From Chiloscyllium plagiosum (Eukaryota), in the NCBI RefSeq assembly GCF_004010195.1, contig NC_057720.1:16133776-16153775 (forward strand): a DNA stretch of 20,000 bases, read 5' to 3'. Under the pieces are notes generated by a model that was not told the origin of the DNA, ran no database searches, and saw only the letters and a program-made list of their open reading frames with translations. Made by a program: the position numbers and the translations under genes. Below, one piece after another: positions 10,815-20,000 of the stretch; position 1 is the first letter of the stretch, and each line of letters opens with the position of its first letter.

Positions 10815-10910
10815 GTTCTGAAGTCATATCATACTCAAAACATTAGCTTTGTTTCTCTCTGCAGATGCTGCCAGACCTGTTGAGTTTTGTCAGCACTGCC
10901 GGTTTTTACT
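10815..10910 (+). mobile_element. Old PLE-related short element, hammerhead core partly deleted
   Basis: GTT-CTGAA-GTC...ACTC-AAAAC-ATT-AGC followed by TGTTTCTCTCTGCAGATGCTGCCAGACCTGTTGAGTTT. Confidence 0.6.
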
Positions 10911-11038
10911 ATTATTTATTAAGAAAAGCTGATTATAGTCTGGGTATACTAAGCAAAAATAATATGTTCAGAGAATAATTCATTTGGATGCATGGAATCC
11001 TCGCTGCTTGGAGGAAACAGGAAGGTAACAGAGTTAGT

Positions 11039-11353
11039 GGGCGGCACGGTGGCACAGTGGTTAGCACTGCTGCCTCACAGCTCCAGAGACCCGGGTTCAA
11101 TTCCCGCCTCAGGCGACTGACTGTGTGGAGTTTGCACGTTCTCCCCGGGTCTGCGTGGGTTTCCTCTGGGTGCTCCGGTTTCCTCCCACCATCCAAAGAC
11201 CTGCAGGGTCAGGTGAATTGGCCATACTAAATTGCCCGTAGTGTTAGGTAGATGTAGGGGCATGGGTGGGTTTCGCTTCAGTGGGTCGGTGTGGACTTGT
11301 TGGGCTGAAGGGCCTGTTTCCACACTGTAATCTAATCTAAATCTAAATCTAAA
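11039..11353 (+). mobile_element. Full-length HE1-type SINE
   Basis: GGGCGGCACGGTGGCACAGTGG head, B-box GGTTCAATTCC, HE1 core and (TCTAA/TCTAAA)n tail; closely matches 6011-6349. Confidence 0.95.
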
Positions 11354-11389
11354 CCTGCTCCAGTTGTAACGTGCTCACCTCAGGTTCCG

Positions 11390-12161
11390 TGTTATGATGC
11401 TGAGGTCAAACTCTTCCATTAATTAAAACCAAATTCCCAGCAAAGCTTGACTCGTAATCTGTTAAAATGTGAGTGACAGAACTCTTAATTTCCACGATTG
11501 AAAGAAAAACAACAATTTATTTTCCCTACTCTAATCGTGAGCACGAAACAAAAACTATTCACAAATCCAAGCCCCCTTTTCTTAATTACTTAATATCTGA
11601 CTCCAAATCTATAAAAATACAGTTCCAATAAAACACATATTAAACATTACATTAACTTAATATCAAGTCCACACACTCCCTGTCTTCTCCACTGTCTTCG
11701 ATCTTCCATCTTGATCTCCCTGTGGCATCTTCTTTCTTTTTACTGCAAGTATATTTTGCATGAAAAGGTACATTTTGATAAGCTCTTTGAAAACAAGATG
11801 TTAGATGGCATTTAGTTCAACAGTAGTTGCTCTCTTTCCAAATTTTCAAAATGCCCTGGTTTTGCCCAACATTGTTCCCTGTCATTTGTTCAATGTTACC
11901 AAAACAATAAATTTAAAGTTGATTGGATTTTTGTATCCTGGCCATAATTAAAACTAATTGGTTAAATGTAAATTGTTGCCAAAACAGCAACCAAAGCTCA
12001 GGTATCCATTTAACAGCCAAATGTTACATGTATCTATTTTGAAACAGCCCATTTCCCAGTCTTTCCATTCGGGCAGCTGAGCCTGCACTTTAAGTTTACT
12101 TCAATATTCAGAAAACATTTTCGATTTTAAAGTGAACATATATGCTTTTGACTTTGTAACA
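11390..12161. mobile_element. Probable solo LTR (about 770 bp)
   Basis: Termini TGTTA...TAACA (TG...CA with a 5-bp inverted repeat); interrupts an otherwise continuous tRNA-SINE head; no clear TSD. Confidence 0.5.
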
Positions 12162-12547
12162 AAAGTTGTTGGTTAGTTCAAATCCCACTCCAGACACTTG
12201 AAAATCAAACCAGTACAATGTTGAGGGACTACTGCACTGTCAGGGGAGCTGTCTTATAGGTCAGGTATCTTAGGTCTCAAGTGGGCATTTACAAGCTGAG
12301 AGTACAATCTTGAAGGTCTCCTTTCATGTGCAGCCAACATTTGTCGTTAAGCCAATAGCGCCAAAACAGATTATCTGTTTATTATCACATTGCTATTTGT
12401 GGGAGCACGCCATTTGCATATTGATTGCTGCCTTCCTCATATTACAACAGTGACTAGACTTAGAAAGTATGTCAGTGGCTGTGAAATGTTTTGGGTGTCC
12501 TGACAATGTCAACAACTCTATATAAGTGCAAGTTATTTATTTCCTTC
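12162..12547 (+). mobile_element. Deu-domain SINE (SacSINE1/AmnSINE-like); its head start appears displaced to about 11354-11389
   Basis: B-box-like GTTCAAATCCCACTCCAGA; AAAACAGATTATCTG.TTATTATCACATTGCTATTTGTGGGAGC; ATTACAACAGTGACTA; 3' end CTATATAAGTGCAAGT. Confidence 0.75.
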
Positions 12548-12728
12548 CTTAGCATTTTGTTCCCAGTCACTTCCCATCTGCTGTATTGCCTCCAGAGTCT
12601 GCATAGACAGGCCTGGTAGAAACTCAGAACCAATGCTATGCAGATCACAGGTAGAACTGCGACTTTAGGAGAGGGAACATGTGCTTTGAATAGGCTACTC
12701 AATATAAGATGGCAGGAGAGAGGACGAT

Positions 12729-13072
12729 ACATGAAAACATAGAAAATAGAAGCAGAAGTTTGTTCTGCCATTCAATATGACCATGGCTGATCATCCAACT
12801 CACTACCCTATTCCCATTTTCACCCCACACCCTTTGATCCCTTGAACCCAATGAATATAATCCTTTCTTGAAATTATTGTTTGCCTTGTCTAATCCTATT
12901 AGAATTTTATAGGTTTCTAGGAGATCTTCCCTCATTCTTCTCAAATCCAGTAAATAAACTCCTGAGCCAAATCTCTCTTCATACGTCAATCCTGTCATCA
13001 TAGTGATCAGTCTGGTAAACCTTTGTTGCACTCCCTCCATAGCCAGGAGAGCCCTCCTCAGATAAGAAGACC
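12729..13072 (-). mobile_element. CR1-type LINE 3' fragment with internal deletions
   Basis: MEGVQQRFTRLI...YEER...RRMREDLLETYKILIGLDK plus a CR1-type 3' UTR. Confidence 0.85.
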
Positions 13073-14310
13073 TGAAAATGTATTTGGAGCAGTTTGCTCC
13101 ACAAGAGTTATGAGGCCATAGCTTTTCCAGCTTCTCTCACTCTGCCATCTTATTCCCAGATCAGATCCTTCCTGTAGTTGGTCAGCTTGTCACGCTTTAT
13201 GCCACACAATGGTATGGCAGATCAAACACAGAGAGCTGCAATGAATGGCCATCCAAAAGCTGAGATGAGAGTCTGAAACAGACAAGTTAAAAATCCCCCT
13301 CCAAAAAGTGATGCAAAAACAACATGGCAAAGTTAATTTTAAGATCATTGTCGATATCTTAAACATCATGCCAGTACCAACTGATATCGAATTGAGTGTC
13401 CAAAAATCTTTGCTTGGCATCCATTGACTTATTTATTAATTTGTATTTCTTTCACTGTTCATTGGAATATATCCATAAACCGAATAGATGGTAAATCATT
13501 TGTGTTACAAACTGTGCACGTAAAATGTGAAAATGAAGTGATGAAATGGCAAAAGCGATGGTTAACCTTCAAAGTATATGTGATTAAAATATGCTCTGGC
13601 CAATTATTTGCTATGTATGCTTCACAGAAATTAAATTTTCAATTGTCTCGGGAGCATGTTTGATTGCAGATGACTTGTGAGTGATTAATAATATATCTCA
13701 TTGTTTATCATTTTAAAAATATATCGGTAAATTCAACAGGATTAAATATTGACAGCATACAACAGTATCCATGTAACTGATTCATTAAAATTCCTAATTT
13801 CTCCTTAGTCCGATTCAGTTCCATGTACATTTTTCATTAGGAGTTTGCTTGATAAACTAATGTTGTGCTTAAAACTGAGTTCATTGACACATCCTTAGGC
13901 AACATCCCTAGGTAACATCTAAATATTTGCATTACATATCATCCGTGATCTTTGAGTATATGTATCGCAATTGTATACATGCTATTGAAATTATAAGTCA
14001 AAATATTATATTATACAATGGAGACATGTTAGATTATAGTGAAAATGCAAGACACATACATCAAAAATAATTCAAGGTGAAAATTAGCTTTGGACCATTT
14101 TTAGGCATTAAACAGGCAGACCCTGTAGATCTGAGGTTAGCCCACAATTGGCCTTAGGCCTCATATGCAATGCCACAAGGACAAAGTGGGGATTATCACC
14201 TCTCCAGCTCCATGCTTTTAATGTATGGTGGGAGGGAGAAGCGTGGTGGCAGAGGAAGGGGAAGATTGGGGAGATATAGGGAAAATGGGAGTAGACTAAA
14301 AGTTTTGAAT

Positions 14311-15029
14311 CATAGAGTCATAGAGACATTCAGCACGGAAACAGACCTTTCAGTCCAACTCGTCCATGCTGACCAGATATTCTAAACTAATCTAGTCCCA
14401 TTTGTCAGCACTAGGACCATATCCCTCTAAACTCTTCCAATTCATATACCCATCCAGGTGCCTTTTAAATGTTGTAATTGTATCAGCCTCCACCACTTCC
14501 TCTGGCAGCTCATTCCACACACGTGCCACCCTCTGTGTGAAAAGGTTGCTCCTTAGGTCCCTTTTAAATCTTTCCCCTCTCACCCAAAAAGTCCTCCAGT
14601 TCTGGACTCACCCAACCCATGGAAAACTCCTTGTCTATTTACCCTATCCATGACCCCCATGATTTTATAAATCTCTATATGATCACCCCTCAGCCTCTGA
14701 AGCTCCAGGGAAAACAGCCCCATCCTGTTCAGCATCTCCCTGTAGCTCAAACCCTCCAACCCTGACAACATCCTTGTAAATCTTTTCTGAACCCTTTCAA
14801 GTTTCATAACATCCTTCCTGTAGTAGGGAGACCAGAATTACACACGCTTTCCAAAGTGGCCTAACCAATGTCCTATCTATCCATAAGATGACCTCCCAGC
14901 TCCTATACCCAATGCACTGACCAATAAAGAAAGCACACTAAACACCTTCTTCACGATCCTATCCACCTGAGACTTCACTTTCAAGGAACTATGAACCTGC
15001 ACTCCAAGGTCTCTTTGTTCAGCAACACT
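14311..15029 (-). mobile_element. CR1/HER1-type LINE 3' end
   Basis: KLERVQKRFTRMLSGLEGLSY, RLRGDHIEIYKIM, FTQRVARVWNELPEEVV; (CTCTATGA)n tail; same subfamily as 4207-4632. Confidence 0.92.
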
Positions 15030-15243
15030 GTGGAGCAAGGAGGAACTGTTTTGATAGCAACTTCCTTTAAATAATTACTTGTCAGATTGTCCTGAGATTC
15101 TTGTGTATGCCCGTTTCACTATGTTAACAGGCACTGCATAACTTCTTGCTTGCCTGAGGCATTAGTTATCTTTCTAACTACTGTATGTTGAATCTAACTG
15201 AACCTAATTGTTATTTTAACCCATCTTCTCTAAAGCAAAAAAA

Positions 15244-15482
15244 CATTGGAACCAGAGAAGACCATTCATTCCCAAGTTTGCTCCACCAATCAAATCACAG
15301 ATAGTCTGTATCCTATTTCCTCCACCAGCCTCGGCTTTACATATCTTAATATCCCATCTTGTGAAAATCTACTAATCTCCAATTTAAAAATATTAATTGA
15401 GTGAGCATCCATTGTGAGAAGGAGAATTCCACGTTTCTCCTACACTTTGCGCAAAGTAATGTTTTCTGACTACACTCTTGAA
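15244..15482 (-). mobile_element. Decayed CR1-type LINE 3' end
   Basis: GGAACCAGAGAAGACCATTCA...GCTCCACCAATCAA...AAAATCTACTAATCTC...GAGAATTCCAC parallels 16519-16760. Confidence 0.55.
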
Positions 15483-15502
15483 TCCGTTTTGAAGAGCAGT
15501 TC

Positions 15503-15896
15503 CAGAGTCACAGAGTTATACAGCATGGAACCAACTCATTCGCACTGACCAGGGATTCTAAATTAATCTAGTCCCATTTGCCAATATTTGACCCATATCC
15601 CTCTAAAACTTTCTTATTCATTTACCCATTCAGATATTTTTTAAATGTTGCCAGCCTCCACTGGCAGCTCATTCCATACACGCACCACCCTCTGTTTGCA
15701 AAATTGGTCCCTTTTGTACCTCTCCCCTCACATTATATCTATGCCCTATAGTTTTGGACTCCCCTACCCTGGGAAAAAGACTTTGGCTATTCACTCTATC
15801 CATGCCCCTCATGATTTTATAAACCTCTGTAAGGTCACCCCTCAGCCTCCAATGTTTCAGGGGAAAAAGCCTCAGCCTATTCTATCTCTCCCAATA
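15503..15896 (-). mobile_element. CR1/HER1-type LINE 3' end
   Basis: Colinear with 4207-4632 and 14311-14750 (TAATCTAGTCCCATTTG...CCATATCCCTCTAAA...AAGGTCACCCCTCAGCCTC). Confidence 0.9.
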
Positions 15897-15982
15897 TATC
15901 AGACCTGAGTATTAATTCTGTTTCTCTCTCCACGAGATGCTGCCAGACCTGCTGAGTTTCTCTAGCGTTTTAAGTTTTTATT
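15897..15982 (+). mobile_element. Old PLE-related short element (3' body)
   Basis: ATTAATTCTGTTTCTCTCTCCACGAGATGCTGCCAGACCTGCTGAGTTTCTCTAGC matches the copies at 1311, 2531 and 10815. Confidence 0.65.
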
Positions 15983-16496
15983 GCTTTCATGAATAGTCTG
16001 GCCAGTCTCAGATGTGTCCCATTGTCATGGATACCTGCTTCCCTTCACTTCTCACACACTTACATGGTGTCATACAATTCTGGATAATCATTTTCTTTCA
16101 GATTTGACAAAGTGTCTTAGACCCCTTTGCTTTTCCTGTCACTAACCCTCTCCATTTATCTTGGCTGGGGACTGACACCGATACGAATTGGCTTGCCTGC
16201 CACGAATTGCCAGTGCTGACATTGTAAAGAAGCCCTGGCTTTATACATGGACGTAATTATGATCCTGGGTAAACCACGGGGCAAGATGCCAACATTAAGC
16301 TGCTATTCGTCAAGGAACATGCAAAGGGTCATTGATGGAAGCATCCATTTTAAGACATTGCCCAGAAAGAGCAAGGAAAAGGGAAATTGTTTCACATTGC
16401 TCATCTTCCTTACTGCACAAAAGATAAATGGCATTTTCCAAAAGGTTGCTATGGTCTAAAACTAAGTTCTTTATTTCCAACTGAAGTGAGTACAGA

Positions 16497-17106
16497 GACC
16501 ACAAGGCCGTAACATACAGGAGCAGAATTAGGCCATTCAGCCCATCGAGTCTACTCTGCCATCGATCACGGCTGATATGTTTCTCAACCCCATTCTCCTG
16601 CATCCCCCCCATAACCCTTGGTGCCCTTATTAATCAAAAACCAATCTATCTCTGTCTTAAATACACTCAATGACTTGACCTCCACAACCTTCTGCAGCAA
16701 TGAGTTCCACAGATTTGTTACCCACTGGCTGATGAAATTCTTCCCCATCTACATTCTGAAGGATCATCTCTTCACTCTGGGACTGTACCCTCAGGTCCTA
16801 GTCTCTCTTACGCGTGAAAGCATCTTCTCCACATCCACTCCATCTAGGCTTTTCCATATCCTTTAAGTTTCAATCAGATAGCCCATCCCATCCTTCTAAA
16901 CTCCATTGATTAGAGACCCAGAATCCACAACCACTGCTCTTAAGACAAGCTCTTTATCCCCAGGATCATTATTGTAAACCTCCACTGGACCCTTTACAAG
17001 GTCAGCACATTCTTCCTTAGATACGGTGTTCAACATTGCTCTCAATATTCCAAATGTGGTCTGACCAGAACCTTATACTGGCCTCAGCAATACATCCCTG
17101 CTCTTG
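16497..17106 (-). mobile_element. CR1-type LINE 3' end (second subfamily)
   Basis: AGGAGCAGAATTAGGCCATTCAGCCCATCGAG 3' UTR, GAGTTCCACAGATT (NLWNS on minus) and AATATTCCAAATGTGGTCTGACCAG (LVRPHLEY on minus). Confidence 0.85.
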
Positions 17107-17650
17107 GTTTCTGCAGGACCATCTGCCACAAATCTGAACAAAAGTTGAAGTCTTGAAGATTTATTAAAATATGTTGCCACTATTTTAGATTTTGCTTGAC
17201 ACATTTGCAGCAGTTAATCACATTCCCTATAGCTGAGATTCCAAAATCCATTGGCAATGTTGAAAAGAAGTGAATATTTGGTGAAGATGGTGATAACTCT
17301 GAAAGGCAGAGAGATTGCACTGCTACAAAACACAGGATCTACAACATCAACTCTTCCCGCCAGCAACACTATTACTTTGATCCAACAAAAGGTTATACCC
17401 ATGATGTGAACCACACAATTTATAGCAAGGATTTTCCAATATGACCCAATTTTAGCACTTGAAAATCTGCAGATAAAACTGCTTTGCTTTGCTTTTGTCT
17501 GAGAGGATAACAGTCCTGAACATTATCTTAACTATATCAACTGCTGTTACTTTTCTGGTCCCTTACACAAACTCACCAATCTCACACACAGTACCAGGAA
17601 ACTCTGAAGCCTGAGCTATTTGAAGACTCCAATTAACATGCATACATCTA

Positions 17651-17709
17651 GGATTTGTTGGGTCAATGGCCTGTACCATATTGTAGGGAATCTAATCTAA
17701 TCTAATCTA
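17651..17709 (+). mobile_element. HE1/CR1 3'-terminal fragment with (TCTAA)n tail
   Basis: GGATTTGTTGGGTCAATGGCCTGT...TGTAGGGAATCTAATCTAATCTAATCTA. Confidence 0.65.
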
Positions 17710-18197
17710 TAAGCAGTCAGGATGTATGCATTACAGTCACAGGCTCAGGCAGACACATCTACCCTCAGATTCACCAATAGTCGCAACTCCCACATGACTA
17801 ACTGACTACTAGTCACATGCTGCTTCACATCTTTGATCATTTATATATTCTCTTAAAGTGATGTCACCACAGTTACACCAAGAAAAATCAAATTTTGTCT
17901 GATTGCGTGAAGGTTCTTTGTCTATGCAAGCTGACAGCTCACCTTAAAAGAAGCTCCTTGAGACTTTTAGCAACTGGTACATCTCCTTTAAAATAAATTC
18001 ACATATCCATCCAGGTACCTCTTTGTGACTTTCGAATAAAGTTTGTCATTTTTCAATGTATAAACAGTCTCCAAGGGCAAAATCTAACTTTCTTTTGGCA
18101 GCTTCTGAGTTCTGCTGATTTATTTGGAGGGTGTTTTTGCCACAAGACTTGGCAAGGTCTGTCATTGGATCTTACAAACTTGTCTCATTAACTACTT

Positions 18198-18338
18198 AGG
18201 AGAAAGTGATGACTGCAGATGCTGGAGATCAGAGCCGAGAATGTGTTGCTAAGAAAGCACAGCAGGTCAGGCAGCATCTAAGGAGCAGGAGAATCGATGC
18301 TTTGGGCATAAGCCCTTCATCAGGATTCCTGATGAAGG
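18198..18338 (-). mobile_element. Short PLE-related element with hammerhead motif and 12-bp fold-back
   Basis: Colinear with 18598-18724; CCTTCATCAGGA-T-TCCTGATGAAGG inverted repeat at 18314-18338. Confidence 0.8.
18291..18328 (-). ncRNA. Minimal type I hammerhead ribozyme motif (mutated, probably inactive)
   Basis: Minus strand GAAUC-CUGAUGA-A-GGGC-UUAU-GCCC-AAAGC-AUC-GAUUC: stems I and II pair perfectly. The segment that reads GAAACGUC at 18739-18746 has three substitutions here. Confidence 0.7.
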
Positions 18339-20000
18339 ACAACCAAAATTATATGCAGTATTCTAAATGTGGCCTCACCAATGTCTTGTACAGCTGCAAT
18401 ATGATGTCCCAACTCCTATACTCAATGCACTAACCAATGAAGGTAACCACACCAAACTCTTCTTCACCACCTTGCCTACCTGCGACTCCACTTTCAAGGA
18501 ACTGTGCACCTGCATCACTCGGAGCCTTTCTTCCGCAACACTCTCTAGGGCCCTACCATTAACTGTATAAGTCCTGCCTTGGTTTGTCTTATCAAAAGGA
18601 GAAAGTGAGGTCTGCAGATGCTGGAGATCAGAGCTGAAAATGTGTTGCTGGAAAAGCGCAGCAGGTCAGGCAGCATCCAGGGAACAGGAGAATCGACGTT
18701 TTGGGCATAAGCCCTTCTTCAGGAAAGGGCTTATGCCCGAAACGTCGATTCTCCTGTTCCCTGGATGCTGCCTGACCTGCTGCGCTTTTCCAGCAACACA
18801 TTTTCAGCTCTTGTCTTATCAAAATGCAACTTTATCTAAATTAAATTCCATCTGCCCATCCTCGGCCAATTGGCCCATCCGATCAAGGTCCCATTGTTCG
18901 CTAAGATAACTTTCTTCACTATCCATTTCACTACCTAGTTTGGTGTTGTCTGCAAACTGACTAGCCATACTTCCTATATTCATACCGAATTCACTTATGT
19001 AAGTGATAAAAAGCAGTGGACCCAGCACTGATCCTTGTGGCACACTCCTGGTCAGAGGCCTCCAATCTAAAGAGCAACCTTCTACCACCGGCCTCTGTCT
19101 CCTGCCTTCAAGACAATTTTATATCCAATTGGCTAGCTCCCCCTGGATCCCCTGTGATCTAACCTTACTAACGTGTCTACCGTGCGGAACACTGTCGAAC
19201 GCTTTGCTAGAGTCCATATAAACAATGTCTACTGCTCTGTATTCATCAATTTTCTTTGTCTTCAAAAAACATAATCAAGTTAATGAAACATGCTTTCCCA
19301 TGCGCAAAGCCATGTTGACTATCCCTAATCAATCCTTGTCTTTCCAAATACATGTAAATCCTGTCCCTCAGAATCCTTTCCAACAACTTAGCCACCACTG
19401 ATTGTAAGGCCCATCAGTCTGTAGTTCCCTGGCATTGCCTTTCTGAAATGGCACCAAATTAGCTAAACTTTATCATTCCAGCACCTCACCTATGGCTGTC
19501 AATGATACAAATATCTCAGCAAGGAGTCCAGCAATCTCTTCTCTAGCTTCCCACAAAGTTCTGGGAAATACCTGATCAAGTCCTGGGAATTCATCTACCT
19601 TTATTCATTTTAAGACCTCCAGCAGCTCGTCGTCTGAACTCTTTTCAAGACATCACTATTTATTTCTCCAAGTTCCCGAGCTTCCATGTCCTTCTCCACA
19701 GTAAATGCTGATGCAAAATATTTGTTTTGTATCTCACCCAACTCCTGTGATTCCACACAGACAACCACATTGATCTTTAAGGGCACTATTCTCTCCCTTG
19801 TTACTCTATTGTCCTTTATGTACTTATAAAATCGCTTTTGATTCTCCTTAACCCTCCTTTGATTCTCCAAAGCTATCTCATGTACCCTTCTTACTCTCCT
19901 GACTTCCCTCTTAAGTATACTATTTTCCGTATACTCGATCCCAGCTGTCTATATCTGATGTATGCCTCCTTATTTTTCTTGACCAGAGCCTCAATTTCTC
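18339..20000 (-). mobile_element. CR1-type LINE ORF2 (RT), decayed, 3' end missing, runs off the right edge
   Basis: VKENQKRFYKYIK, YMDSSKAFDSVPHGR, SVPQGSVLGPLLF, QFADNTKLG, QMEFNLDK, LVRPHLEY; interrupted at 18598-18810. Confidence 0.93.
18598..18810 (-). mobile_element. Young PLE-related hammerhead element with 86-bp fold-back
   Basis: Inverted repeat 18631-18716/18725-18810 with one mismatch (18702/18739) and an 8-nt loop; perfect 14-bp TSD TTGTCTTATCAAAA at 18584-18597 and 18811-18824. Confidence 0.9.

Noticed and set aside
11039..11110. tRNA gene
   Set aside because: The A/B boxes belong to a SINE head that continues into the HE1 core.
13270..13427. Plus-strand frame IIVDILNIMPVPT resembling a hAT dimerisation motif
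   Set aside because: Lacks the following ER.FS motif; similarity too weak.
18598..18810. Classification as a MITE or DNA transposon
   Set aside because: The inverted arms are not terminal, arm length varies among copies (12, 48, 86 bp), TSDs are 11-14 bp and a ribozyme core is present.

Overview
Repeat-dense, non-coding-looking vertebrate DNA. HE1 SINEs with CR1/HER1-type LINEs point to a cartilaginous fish, probably a shark (inference). No intact protein-coding gene is recognisable. The window holds about 10 CR1-type LINE fragments (two include RT motifs), two full and three partial HE1 SINEs, a Deu-domain SINE split by a probable solo LTR, a decayed Gypsy integrase, a relic of a Penelope-like element (PLE) ORF and a 147-N gap. 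The most notable signal is eight short (85-215 bp) related elements. Several carry a minimal type I hammerhead ribozyme motif (composite GAAUC-CUGAUGA-A-GGGC-UUAU-GCCC-GAAAC-GUC-GAUUC), three form fold-back palindromes (12, 48 and 86 bp arms), and three have 11-14 bp target-site duplications (TSDs). This looks like a family of ribozyme-bearing non-autonomous PLE/retrozyme-like retroelements. A few weak minus-strand exon candidates are also noted. All family names come from recalled motifs, not database searches.
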